A stretch of 64,000 bases of DNA from Psammoneis japonica (taxonomy: Eukaryota), in the NCBI GenBank assembly GCA_008632985.1, contig QPGO01000028.1:243598-307597 (forward strand), read 5' to 3'. The notes below the pieces were generated by a model. The model made no database searches. It was not told the DNA's origin and was given only the letters and a program-made list of their open reading frames with translations. A program made the translations under genes and the position numbers. Below, piece after piece: positions 1 to 11,574 of the stretch (the stretch's first letter is position 1; each line of letters opens with the position of its first letter).

Positions 1-989
1 AAGAGTCCTCGTTTCCAAATGACATTCTCGGCAATTCGCTTTGCTTGATCAAGAAAACGTGATTCTTGGTAGAACTCAGATGCTTTTACCAAGAGCATGA
101 CATGCCCAGGCGCACCGTGACACCAGTGTACCAACCGATCTCCGCCATGGCTATCCACACTACTCATGAGATTTCCCGACTCAAAGCAGTGCTCACTCAA
201 ATCATCAATGGATTGGCGAATCAATTGACATATTGGAATGCTTAAATGGGCTTCCAAGAACTCATATTCTTCGGCTTGCAGGTACATCAAAGTGTGCAGA
301 ATGCCCACATGACCATGAGCAGCACCCAAGTAGATCTTGTTGTGCCACGTCCATAGCAAAGGCATCTTGCTGCCACATCGCTGCGCTTTTTCTCGCCCTT
401 GAGTCAAAATTGACGTGGCCAACTCAATGACTAGATTGCGGCCTATTGTAGAATCATGCAACTGCTCACGAAGAAACAGAGCAACCTGTAGTGCTCCGGC
501 TCGGCCGTACAAGACTTCGCATTCGTCGCCGGGCAAAGCGCTGCATTCTCTTGATAGAACATGGAGTAGCTGTGACACACTCTGCCGGGCTTCTTGTTGT
601 CTACCCAGCTCGAACTGCAAGGCACAAACCGCAGCCATTGCCCCAACCCATGGTCCCTCCAATAATGTGACGCGAAAATTCCTACTATCAGTTCTCCTCC
701 TTTCTTGGTAATCGACTGCCTCTTGAGCAACCGTCAAGGATTGCTCCAAAAGCTTCTTTGCTTCCACAGGGTTACTTGCTTTGATCACCTGAGCCATTCG
801 TAACCCAAGGTATACACGAGGCCCTAACCCACCGCAATACAATGTACCGAGAGAACCAGAGGATGATGTGTTGCGAACACATTTGTTCTGAAGATTTGTT
901 GCCATTCTCATAAGCTCTTCTTGACTCGGCAACTCCGCATCACTCGAGTCGGACAATGTATTTTGATAATAGCGTGAGGCAGACATCAT
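1..989 (-). CDS. LANCL: LanC-like protein (LANCL/GCR2 family), 3' end runs off the window
   Basis: Hand translation from ATG at 989 gives an open frame MMSASRYYQN...CEVLYGRAG...WHNKIYLGAAHGHVGIL...DRLVHWCHGAPG, all hallmark LanC-like motifs; absent from the ORF track because the stop lies outside the window. Confidence 0.93.
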   Translation of the reverse strand, partial: MMSASRYYQNTLSDSSDAELPSQEELMRMATNLQNKCVRNTSSSGSLGTLYCGGLGPRVYLGLRMAQVIKASNPVEAKKLLEQSLTVAQEAVDYQERRRTDSRNFRVTLLEGPWVGAMAAVCALQFELGRQQEARQSVSQLLHVLSRECSALPGDECEVLYGRAGALQVALFLREQLHDSTIGRNLVIELATSILTQGREKAQRCGSKMPLLWTWHNKIYLGAAHGHVGILHTLMYLQAEEYEFLEAHLSIPICQLIRQSIDDLSEHCFESGNLMSSVDSHGGDRLVHWCHGAPGHVMLLVKASEFYQESRFLDQAKRIAENVIWKRGL

Positions 990-1029
990 GTCCTAATGAC
1001 TGTGAAAAAAGGGATACCACACGTTAGAA

Positions 1030-2900
1030 AGTGCAGGGTGCGTGGCTCATTGAGTGTCAATAGTGTCATGGTCGATCGAGAATCGAGATGCACGGCAGCG
1101 GTTGGGGTTGAATGTGTCATTGAGCACCATGGCTGGTGCATGAGGAGTGGCACCTTCAACTGTGCCAACCAGTCGACCTCAATCACTGGTTGTGGCCATG
1201 TGAAGTTTGCAGGCAAGAATGGCATTTGTGGCTCTCCCCTTCCTCTGTGCCGGACATTGAGTTGGCTGGACCCTTTGATGTTCAGTCCTCTGGTTGTGAT
1301 GACAGATCTTGCCATGATCTGGTCATGGACTTGTGTGCTGGTGCAGATGAATGTCAGCTCAGTGCCAACCCCTGCGCCAATGTTGCAAACAGCTTGTGCC
1401 TGAATTAACCTGGAAGCTGTGAACGGGTGTGCAGCATCAGCTTTGAGGGTGATGGTGCACTCCACAGTGACACCATGGCAGAATGATTCATGATTGATGA
1501 GACCTGCATGACCTTCCCAACAGGCAGCACCAGCAAGGTGATGATGGTGAGCAGCTGTGACAAAACAGACCCTTTGTTTGATCCAGGTGCATTGGAGCAA
1601 GACAAGCCCCTGGTGACAGGTCTTTGAAAGCCCTGTCAGCTTTGCACACTCCATCTGCTGAACCATTTGTCTCTCTTGTCCTGAGCATTTCCCATTGGAT
1701 GCTTCAGACATGACTGGGCCTCCAAGCTGTGCTGAAAATGGGGTTCTGCCATCATGCACAAAGCACACCAGCATCAAGCAGGCCACATTGATGATGGTCA
1801 TCACCCAGTCAACCCTGATGATGAAAGGACTGGTTTTGATTGTGTCATCATTTTCTGCAATCAAACAAAGAAATGGAGGTGGCACTGGACTCTTTGTGCC
1901 ATCTTCCCTTGCGTCTTTTCCCGCACCAAAAACCTTCAGGACTGTGCCTTGAATCTTGTGAGGGATGACACCAGCTTGGTTGCCACAGATGAACACTGGC
2001 ATGCTCTCTGCAATGGCACAGAGAAGACATCATGAGGTTTGAAGAAGATGCCCTTTTGACCGCAACTCTGGCAAGGCAAAACTTCAGCCCACAAACTGCG
2101 AGCCTCGTCCCTGGGGCCATGACACCCTCATGGCTGCTGGTGCAAAATGCAACATTTGCAGTGCTCATTTTCATGGTGAGTGTGGTGGACATGACCACAC
2201 CAGTTTGGATTGTTGTCTGGCTTCAGCAGAGGATGCTGCCAGGCAGACAGAGAATTTTGGCAGCAGCAGTGAGACGTGATGTGAGAAAAGACAAGCTGTG
2301 CACACACCCTGGCACCCAGCCGCTGGTGTCACACAAGAAGCATGGCAGTGCAGTCAACCATCACATGACTTGCAAGGCGTTTGCATTTGGCACTCTTTTG
2401 GTTGGAAAGGAGGGTGTGGATGTGAGCTTGGCGGATGCATTGATGAAGCTGGTGACACAGGGGAGCAGTGGCGCGTTTGTTGTCGTGCACTTTCAGCCAT
2501 GCCCACATGTGCTTGGCCACCTGGCTCAATCTGGGTTTTGTGGTTTGTCTCTCACTGAGAGAGTGTCACTTGTGGATGAACAGGTGCCGCCATTGCAGTT
2601 TCTCGGGGCAACAGGTAAGAGCAAGTGACGGACGAACTTGGATGGTGTGGTCTGTCCCTGGTTTGCTGGCATCAGCTGCTGGCAGACCGGCAAAATGGAA
2701 CAGGGAACAGGGCAACTTGGCCTTGGTGACACTTCCCTGCAGCAGCTTGCAGTTTCACCTGTGCACTTAAAGTGCGACCATGTGACTCAGGAACTTGACA
2801 AAACAATGCCAAACTTGTTCCAAAGCAACACCATGGTGACACTCACACACGAGAAGCTTGCAATTGTTTCTCCTGGCGCCAAGCCATCCATGCCCGAAAA
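1030..2900 (+). pseudogene. Heavily degenerate gene-like sequence including a calcium-binding EGF-like module (approx. 1330-1460)
   Basis: DLCAGADECQLSANPCANVANSLCLN*PGSCERVCSISFEGDG matches the EGF_CA pattern with a stop; the region is almost TA-free and CG-poor. Confidence 0.45.
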
Positions 2901-2921
2901 AGAGGACAACCGACAAGCATC

Positions 2922-5485
2922 ATGCGTTTCTTCGCCTGGGCGATGACGACGTTCCTTGTCGCGTCGTCATGTCTCCTCTGTCACTGCTTTATTTGCCACG
3001 ACGGCATGGATGACAATTCTCCTGATCATCCATCTGTCAAGCATCATCAATTGGACAAGACGGCCAAAATAAATGCCGATCGAGCAGCCCTTGTCACGAC
3101 GGCGCTAGTGCGACCGCGAACACGCCACAAGGATGAATTGCCACGCGGACAAGCGGAAATGAATGTGCCGCAGTTCAGCATTGTGAAACACAGGCAGCTG
3201 GCCAAACGTTCAATGAAATTCGTCACCGGGTCTTCTCTCAAGCCAATCATGGAGAACATTTTTGCAAGCATTGGCTCTGCCTTTGCAATGGACGGAAAGC
3301 TCTATTTCGGTGCCACAAGAAAAAAACGTTTTGACCTGTGGGTGCATGACCCTTCAAAGGGCACCACTCGAATGCCAAAGGCCATCGAGAGCAAATCACC
3401 CCCTTGTGATTGGGCCCAAATTTGTGGAAGGCTCTATTTCCATGTGAGGGGTGATTTCAAATTGGGAGGTTCTCAGTGGGTGCACGACCCTGCAAGCGAC
3501 ACCACAGAGAAGATGTTCCATTGCGATGATTTTTATTCTTCGCTTGTTCCAGTGGAAGGAAAGCTGTTCTTCAAATTGTTGAGCACACGCAACAGGGACT
3601 GTGTGATGGTGCATGATCCGGCCAGTGGTGCAACACAAAGCGTGACATCTTTTAGTGGCAAATTGTTCTCTACGGGGCCTTTGACACCGATGGATGGAAA
3701 ATTGTGTGTCGCTCATGACGAGCTTTTTGTGATCGACGCAATGAGCGAGTCTACAACGAAGGTGAAGGAAAGTTGTCCTGGTCAGCATTGTGAAGTCTGT
3801 GCAAGTTCTTTGACACCAATTGATGGCAAGCTGTATTTTGGGATGTTGGATTACGCGGGAGGTGGATGCAAGCTTTGGGTTCATGACCCTGCGAGCAACA
3901 CAACTCAAATTGTGGGGGCACAAAGTCCGGTCGGACATGCGCTTGCAGACGGATTAACGCCAACGGATGGAAAGCTGTTTTTCACGGCTTGTGATGAAGT
4001 TCATGGCAGCGAGCTTTGGGTGCATGATCTGAAAAGAACCAATGCTCAAATGGTGGCTGACATTGACCCAGGTCAGGAGGGCTCAAATTCGAACAATGAG
4101 GGAAAAACACTCATGAATGGAAAGGTGCACTTCACAGCAAATGATGGAACACATGGACAAGAGCTTTGGGTGCATGACCCCATAAGTGACACAACCCGGC
4201 TCATGGAAGACATCACCCCTGGGAGTGGCAGCTCGTTTCCAAGATTCTTGAGACCAATGGATGGAAGGCTGCATTTCGTGACTGATCATGATGCGCATGG
4301 ACACAGGAGTTGGGTTCATGATCCCGCAAGCAACATCACTCAGATGCTCCACCCCGGTCCCATTTGCCCACTGGACAGAAAGTTGTGCTTTGCAGCTGGT
4401 GATTCCACCCACGGTGGTGAGCTTTGGGTGCACGACCCCACAAGTTGGGATTCTGAAATTTTTGCCGACATCAATCCACGCGGTTCATCGAACCCGCGTG
4501 ATTTTACCTCGATGAATGGAACGTTGTATTTCACTGCAGACGATGAAAATGGTCCACGACTTTGGGTGTGGGAAACCAATGTGGACACAGACACCGACGG
4601 GAACGGAGCACCTGATGCCACTGACAACTGCCGACTGGCTCACAATGCAAATCAGTCCGATGGCGACAGTGACGGGGTTGGCGATGCTTGCGACAACTGC
4701 CCCTCCATTCCGAATGCCGATCAATTCGATGGTGACAATGATGGTGTTGGCGATGAACATGACCTAAAATGGGGGAAGTCTCCAGCCAGCTGCTGGCTGA
4801 AGAATCTTGTGTAGAATTTGTACTGAATGAGTCTGTCAATCTGTGCGTTAGGGGGTTTTGATGAACGCTGGACAGACTCGTCGTATTCTGTGTACGTAAA
4901 AATTCTACTGGCAAAACCCACAAACGCACTGACGAGCAGACTTTTTTCAGCCAGCAGCTGGCTGGAGTCTTCCCCCAAAAAACTATTCGGCCGATGGGTG
5001 GAGTCAAAATTCGTGCATCACCGGGAAAAGACAATAACTTCACATGCCCTCCGCACTCCAAGTTGAAAAGGAAAGCATTCAGCATCACGGAAGGGAAGCC
5101 TCTCCAGCTCAAGATCAAGTTGAAGGACTGCAAGAATGAGTTGGTAACGAACAAGCTGGTGGAATTGGGAAATGAGCCAGAGCTGAGGCGCATCATGAAA
5201 GTTGCAGCGAATGGATCAGTGCAGGACACCGGATTTGGCGGTGGCAAAATGAAAGTTACCAAAAGGAATGATGGAAAATGGAAGTACAAGGTAGAGCACC
5301 CAAACGAGCTCGGGGGTGCCGGATGTTATGTGGCTGAATTCAAAATCCGTCTGCCCGGTGGGCGTGTGGTGCACGCGCACTCCCCGTTTCATCTAAAGTG
5401 GTTGAGAAGCATTGACAATGATGCCTGTGTTTTTGTAGACTCAGCGCGTTCTCTGTTGCAGTCCCATGTTCCAGCCTCCTTGTGA
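2922..5485 (+). pseudogene. Secreted ELWxxDGT-like beta-propeller repeat protein with thrombospondin type-3 Ca-binding repeats; interrupted by a MITE at 4771-4976 and partly hypermutated
   Basis: Signal peptide [13 protein letters not shown]; repeats GKLYF..HGxELWVHDP; [15 protein letters not shown] repeats; removing the 206-bp MITE puts ORF 4994-5485 in the same frame as ORF 2922-4814. Confidence 0.7.
4771..4976. mobile_element. 206-bp MITE with ~33-bp terminal inverted repeats
   Basis: GGGGGAAGTCTCCAGCCAGCTGCTGGCTGAAGAA ... TTTTCAGCCAGCAGCTGGCTGGAGTCTTCCCCC; second copy at 17111-17305; TSD not clear. Confidence 0.85.
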
Positions 5486-5853
5486 GCAATTTTTTCGCAT
5501 GAATGCGGAAAGAACCTGATTTGATTTACAAGTTTCTCCGGGAAAAGCCTAGAGTGGTCCGATCCATTCACACTCGACAAGGGAGTCGCGTGGAATGGAC
5601 TGAAAAACCTTGAACGCGAAATGTGACACGCTTCTGTCGCGGTAATACCCCCTATGGCCGTCTCCGCTCTCCTCGCTTGAACTCTCCCATATGTGGAGCG
5701 CGGTACCTACCTTCTGCTGAAGGACGCGGTTCAAGCAAGAAGTGGCAAAGAGGTGTATGGGTTAAAGGATATGAAACGGAGGTTTTCTTCTAATTTCGGC
5801 ATACCGGTAGTAATGTATGAGTATCCAAATTTTACAATGGTGTAATAGTCGCT

Positions 5854-7449
5854 TTACGCGCTATTTCCAACAACAGAAAAGGGAAGAGGCGGGTCGTTTT
5901 GTGGCGACTTGCAGAATTCAATGAATCGCCAGGCGTGTTGTGGCGGCAAGGCAAGGTACACACTCGTGTCACCATCTTGTGTTCGCGGCACCTCGACGAT
6001 TAGGTTCTGCGCAATTCCAGAGTACGCCATCATGGCGCTTGCCTTGACGGTTGCACCCATGGAGACGTCGAGCCACCTTGGTCCCCATGAATTGACAAAC
6101 GTACCCTTTCCTTGGAACGTGTCGAATGCAAGTGGCCAAATGTCAAATCGATTTCGCAAGCCAAGGTGACGCGCCGCTTCAAACCAATCCTTTGTCTTGG
6201 TAATGTCTTCTGGGTGCTCCAGGCCCCTTCTCAAACCGCGGTGAACCTCATGAGCAAACTTGACAAGGGACGGCAAGGTCCAAAATGCATCCACAGGCAA
6301 AGAAAGATTCTCACAATAATCAAAGGCGGCGTTTCCAAAGTAGTCCTTTGGGAAGCGGTCGATACGACCGCGGAGATTGCAAGCCACGTGCAGCTTGTGA
6401 TCTGGTGACGTCGTTTTGGCAGACGACGTCACGCGTTGCACCAAGAGTAATACCGCACAAACGACTTCAAAACGAGAAACCCACTCGCCCTCGGGGAGAG
6501 ATTTTGTAATGGAATCCTTGAGCTTGGCAATTTGGTCGCCGTCAAGGCGCAATTCCAAAACGCGCTGACGGCTCATGCACCAAATAGCGCCCGGCAGTAG
6601 CTTGAATAACGTCCGTATACTCAAAGGATTCACGTCATATCCCACGTCATTCTTGATTCTCTTGTACAGTTCCGTCGTATCTTTGGCGGGTCGCTGGGGT
6701 TGTGTAATTCGTTTTCCAAAGACTTTTGGCTCGACAAGGTTTGGTGGTAACCCTTGTGGTGACGTGTTTGTACAGAAATGGGACCAAACTTGAAGCACGT
6801 CTGCAATGCTGTGCCCGTCACCCAAACCGTGGGATATACCAATGGAAAGGTATGACACCTTTTCCGCTTTGAAAATCGTTAATCGAGCACGCATCATGGG
6901 ATCATGTATGCCTGGCTCTCCCGAAAAGCCCGCAGACGGAGCATCCAGTCCAGCCTCTTGCCACTCCTTTCTCGTGCTGGATCCATCCGGCAATTTCTTT
7001 GTTTCTCCTGTAGATCCACTGAGCACCATTCCATGCACTACTTCAAAGGGTATACCCGCGTTTGAATTATCCAATACTACTTCATACTGAAGCTTGTTTG
7101 TGCCTGTATCGATGCGCGCTCCCAAGGCTGGAATGTGAGTCAAGGTCCGCTCGAGACCCAACTGAACCTGTGTTTCATCCAAAACGGCATCAAATCGTAA
7201 ACAAAAGGGCAACCAGTGGCTGGACCGTGATAGCCACTCGTCCACTTCCGATAGAGGTTCTCGTAGCTCCTCCTTGTTGTTTTCGAGATTTGTTGCCTTG
7301 ACGATCGTTTTGGAAACGACCCACGTTGAAACTATGGGATCCGAAGGTTTTTTGATTTGTTCATGTTTTCGTTTCAGAATTGTCAGGACAATGGCCGTCC
7401 CTCCCACAACAACAGCGGCTGCGAACGCATGCCCTTTCTGCAACGTCAT
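5854..7449 (-). CDS. BAHD/transferase-family acyltransferase (HxxxD) with N-terminal membrane anchor
   Basis: 531-aa ORF with SHGLGDGHS (HxxxDG), NLRGR, YFGNA and a C-terminal DFGWG-like WLDVSMG. Confidence 0.85.
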   Translation of the reverse strand: MTLQKGHAFAAAVVVGGTAIVLTILKRKHEQIKKPSDPIVSTWVVSKTIVKATNLENNKEELREPLSEVDEWLSRSSHWLPFCLRFDAVLDETQVQLGLERTLTHIPALGARIDTGTNKLQYEVVLDNSNAGIPFEVVHGMVLSGSTGETKKLPDGSSTRKEWQEAGLDAPSAGFSGEPGIHDPMMRARLTIFKAEKVSYLSIGISHGLGDGHSIADVLQVWSHFCTNTSPQGLPPNLVEPKVFGKRITQPQRPAKDTTELYKRIKNDVGYDVNPLSIRTLFKLLPGAIWCMSRQRVLELRLDGDQIAKLKDSITKSLPEGEWVSRFEVVCAVLLLVQRVTSSAKTTSPDHKLHVACNLRGRIDRFPKDYFGNAAFDYCENLSLPVDAFWTLPSLVKFAHEVHRGLRRGLEHPEDITKTKDWFEAARHLGLRNRFDIWPLAFDTFQGKGTFVNSWGPRWLDVSMGATVKASAMMAYSGIAQNLIVEVPRTQDGDTSVYLALPPQHAWRFIEFCKSPQNDPPLPFSVVGNSA

Positions 7450-7983
7450 GATGATTTTCGCTGGCGCAACACAGAGACTTTATTCTCACACAAAAACGCA
7501 CAGCAGTTACAGTATTGTGACTCGGCTGTTTCTCCTCTTCTCTTTTTGTGTTTCCCTTGCACAAAACTCTGTTCTCTCTGTTATTGCTGTTGCGCAGCGT
7601 CGTATCGATCTTTTATCTTTTCGGGTATTTCGTGTTGGGTTTCTGTTTTGGGGCGTTGAAATCTTACCGTACGGGTGTACCAAGAAATCTTGCACAAATC
7701 CAAGCGAAGAGCAATGCGGGGTCTGTGCATGCGGTGGAGTGCATCTCGCTCAAGTCGAGTGGCATGGAATTGTGCAATAGCCAGTGGTTCTTTCTCCTCT
7801 TGGGTTGAGGAGGGGCATTTGGATAGAAACTATAGGGGCCCTACTGTCAATCAGGATTGCATAGCAAGAACGGTGTCCTAAGCATTGGCTCCTCCTTCTC
7901 GGCTTTTTTCCTAGTTTATTCAGGACAACAAAAACAATCAACTCGATGAACAGCGGTTGTATTAGCTCAGAAAAGAGTGATCG

Positions 7984-8754
7984 TTACACGTCATATTCAG
8001 TGACACAGGCAACGGCAACCGCCATAGATTCCCTAAGAACATGGTCCTGTTTGCATTTGTCGCACTCGCTACAATCTTCACTATTTGCAGCGTTCCATGC
8101 AAGGAGCTCCATAAAACTAGGTACAGAATCGTCCGTGTACAGGCCTCGGATGCCATCATTGCAACAAATTGCTTGATGAAATAGCATTGACATCTCAGAC
8201 TCTTCAAGCAGGCCCTCCACATTTAAGCCAGCCAGCATCAATAAGGTGTTTCGACTACCTACGCGAAGACGCAAGAAGAGAATGCTCACGCGCTTGGTTT
8301 CAGGCAGATCGAAACGGCATCCCAGACGGAATGCTCGAACACACTCATCAATTTCATTCTGTTTCGAACCATAGAAGGACTTGAGTACATTTCCTCCAGC
8401 TTTGGGTAATTGATTTTGAAACTTCGCCGGGTACACACCGTCGCATGCAATTTTGAGACTCTCGCTCCTCATCATGAGGCGCTCAAACCAAGACAATAGA
8501 GTGTGTACATTTTCAGTAGTAATCACAGGCTGAGCAACTCCAGCCTCGAGAAACTTTGACACAATTTTCCATTCGGATGGATCGTCATCGGGAAACTCTA
8601 CCCTCATTTCGTTCTTTTCCTTCATGTCGTGAGAGAACATCGCGTCAAAATACTCGCTCGCATGTCGAAGCTGGGAGCTGTTGTGCATGAACTCTTCGTC
8701 TCCCACAATGACAGTCACATCATTCGTCGTGTCCTGGCGATTCGTCATTGTCAT
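7984..8754 (-). CDS. BTB/POZ domain protein
   Basis: DVTVIVGDEEFMHNSSQLRHASEYFDAMFSHDMKE..RVEFPDDDP is a typical BTB N-terminus; first ATG at 8754; paralogous to 32731-34307. Confidence 0.85.
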   Translation of the reverse strand: MTMTNRQDTTNDVTVIVGDEEFMHNSSQLRHASEYFDAMFSHDMKEKNEMRVEFPDDDPSEWKIVSKFLEAGVAQPVITTENVHTLLSWFERLMMRSESLKIACDGVYPAKFQNQLPKAGGNVLKSFYGSKQNEIDECVRAFRLGCRFDLPETKRVSILFLRLRVGSRNTLLMLAGLNVEGLLEESEMSMLFHQAICCNDGIRGLYTDDSVPSFMELLAWNAANSEDCSECDKCKQDHVLRESMAVAVACVTEYDV

Positions 8755-8994
8755 GGCAAGCTCTGTGGTGGACCCAAAGTCCAAAAGAAACTGTCGCTAA
8801 GCACCGGCTAAATGCGCTCGTCGAAACCCGGTTTTGCGCTCATTTATGCGCTGAAACTGGCTACGTGTATTCTGCGTAGATACAGTATGGATAGATGACG
8901 TCACAGCCTCCTTCCAACCCTGCGCGCACTGTCTGCGCGCTGCCGCGAGCTTTCACAACCTTGACTGCGATCCCACGCGACATTCTTGAGATCT

Positions 8995-10407
8995 GGGACA
9001 CACGGCATTTTGTCGCATTTGGCGACATTTTCTTAAATGAATTGATGATTTGTCGCGAAAAGACGCGAATTGCGACAAAATGTCCGGGTTGGCGACAAAC
9101 GGGACAGAAACATTGTTTGGTTGGGTCACAAAATGATCAACGTCATTGTTTGCAACCAACCTGAACTTTGGCGATGTCGTTTCAACAAGTGGGGCAATTA
9201 ACAGAATTTGGCGATCGATGTCATTGACGAAAATTCATCCGACAAAATTTGTCGCATGACAAAATTTGTCGTGTCCGACAAATTTTGTCGACAAATTTTG
9301 TCGGCATGCAACACGACAAGACACGACAAGACACGACACGTCACGTCACGACACGACGACTCACGAACGAAACACCCACGCCCGCCACACACACCAACTG
9401 CTGACATCTCCGTTGACACTGCCCGCATGTCTCTTTTGCACGATGATGCAAAGCGACGATCATGCCGCTCTCGGCGGTCTCCATGCTCTCGTCAATGCCG
9501 GGACAACATCGCACGCTTCTACACAGTGCAACAGAATGTGCCGGCATGTGTTGCTGCACTGTGCCTTTTGTCAGTGCAACTGGGCACTTCTGAATGTTGG
9601 GGAGCATTGCGTTGTCGGCATGTCGCAAACGTCCGTCTGTCGGCGTTTGTCGGCGTTTGTTGGCGTTTGTCGGGGTTTGTCGGGGTTTGTCGGGTGCGAC
9701 AAAATTTGTCGCACATCCGACAAAATTTGTCGCATCCGATGGGTTCCAGTCCCAGGTGGGACTTTTTGTGACATTTGCCCCGTAGAATTCTGCGTGCGAG
9801 CTCTGCAGTTCGTACTCTGGTTGATGGACACATTTGTCTTCGACATAAAAAAAACGGCCAAGTTTGCAGTGCATCTGTCCCTGTTCGTGCTCAAAGTTTT
9901 GGACAATGCGCCTGCCCCACGCCATTCTTAAGACACTCGAGAATGGCGTAGAAGAAAAAAATGTTAAAAGTTGTTCAATGGACAGCCTGACAAATGCACT
10001 GTAAAATCATGCAAAATTTCGCCAAAATCACGCAGAAATGCACGTGCGCGACATACGACGCGATTCAAAAAACTGTCGATGTCACAGTTCAGCAGTGCGA
10101 GGTCCCACCTGGACCTGGAACGCGTCATCCGACAAAATTTGTCGCACCCAACAAAATTTGTCACACGCATGACAAAATCGCCAAAACATCAATCAACAAG
10201 TGCAGTCTTCGCCGAAAGTTAAATTCATCACATGGCACTGCAGTTGACACAACGTTTGTGTTTGGGACATGCCATCGCCAATTAAATGATGATTTTGTCT
10301 TGTTTGTCACCAATGGTTGAAATTTGTCTCAAAGGGCGTTTTTCACGACAAATCGTCCAATTCATTTGTGGGAATGTCGCAATTGGCGACAAAATGCCGT
10401 GTGTCCC
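8995..10407. mobile_element. Non-autonomous TIR DNA transposon with ~70-bp imperfect TIRs and many internal CGACAAAATTTGTCG near-palindromes
   Basis: GGGACACACGGCATTTTGTCGC at 8995 vs GCGACAAAATGCCGTGTGTCCC ending at 10407; internal (ACACG)n and (TGTCGGCGTT)n tracts; the MITE at 9738-10126 is nested inside. Confidence 0.75.
9738..10126 (+). mobile_element. ~390-bp MITE, copy A, 4-bp TSD ATCC
   Basis: Ends GATGGGTTCCAGTCCCAGGTGGGAC ... GTCCCACCTGGACCTGGAACGCGTC; ATCC at 9734-9737 and 10127-10130; homologous to 11131-11520. Confidence 0.85.
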
Positions 10408-10688
10408 TGCATGTTTGAATGACTGAACAGCAAGCACTGTCACTTGCTTGAGCAGGTGACAGCTGTGAATGCACTTCCTCCGGCAAGCGACAATTGTCCA
10501 CGAGGAAACACTGTGTCATTCTTTTTGGGCCGTACGATGCAGCACTGCTTCTGCACATTTTTTGGATGTGTGGTCAGAACGTGCACCGTCACAGCGTTCG
10601 CACAAATCGGCACAAAAACACACCACAATGACCAAAATGCCGCTGCTGCCGACACGACAACACGTTGCCGCTACCCTGACAGGCCTCC

Positions 10689-11119
10689 TGCAGCATGCTT
10701 CGCCACTGGACAACACGGCGAGACCGTGCACAAGCCTCTTGTACGTGGCAACGTAGCATTGTTAACACGCACCTGGGAAGCACGACCACAGGAGGGCGTG
10801 GCTCCAGGTCTTGGGCAATTCCAGAAGGATGCTGAGAGAGCATCCGTGTGAAGCACACTGGCCCGTCGTCTGGCCCATGATGGCAGCGTGATTCCACACG
10901 ATGACATCACTCGTGCATGGCGCGTGATGGCTTGATTCGCACGATCCATGATGCGAACGCACGATTGATTTGATGCGATCCAAATGCGAACGAACAGGGA
11001 TTTGGCAAGATTCCCTGTTCACACGATCCCACTTTCTCTGCTCTAAACTGGCTCACAATTTTTACAACGACAAAGTCGCAACACATCTTCTTTTCAGCGC
11101 CTGGTGCATGCATGGGGCA
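10689..11119 (+). repeat. 5' LTR
   Basis: Colinear with 15946-16376. Confidence 0.95.
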
Positions 11120-11130
11120 CAGCAACGTCA

Positions 11131-11520
11131 GACGCGTTCCAGGTCTAGGTGGGACCTCGCACTGCTGAACTGTGACATCGACAGTTTTTTGAATCACGTC
11201 GCATGTCGCGCACGTAGATTTCTACGTGATTTTTTCGATGTTTTGTGTCATTTTACGGTGCACTTGTTGAGCGATCCGTCCAACAACTTTTGACATTTTT
11301 TGTTACAGCGCGATTCTATGATGTCTTAAGAATCGCGTGGGGCAGGCGCATTTGCAAAAACGTTGAGTGGCAACAGGCATGGTTGCACCACAAACTTGGC
11401 CGTTTATTTGATGTTGAAGACAAATGCATCCATTGGTTAAATTCTCACACTGCGGAGCTCGCACATAGAATTCTACGGGCCCAATGTCACACGGAGTCCC
11501 ACCTGGGACTGGAACCCATC
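11131..11520 (-). mobile_element. ~390-bp MITE, copy B, 4-bp TSD GTCA, inserted 11 bp downstream of the 5' LTR
   Basis: Ends GACGCGTTCCAGG ... CTGGAACCCATC; GTCA at 11127-11130 and 11521-11524; reverse complement of 9738-10126. Confidence 0.85.
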
Positions 11521-11574
11521 GTCACTCCCGCACATTGTGCGAGGCAACGAAATCAGCAGAAATGAAACTACGAA

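Noticed and set aside
986..2002. 338-aa minus-strand ORF
   Set aside because: No recognisable motif, lies in TA-free DNA, and the plus strand carries the EGF-like remnant
9230..9740. Possible CRISPR-like array of CGACAAAATTTGTCG repeats
   Set aside because: Irregular spacing, no unique spacers of constant length, no cas genes; internal repeats of a TIR element in eukaryotic DNA
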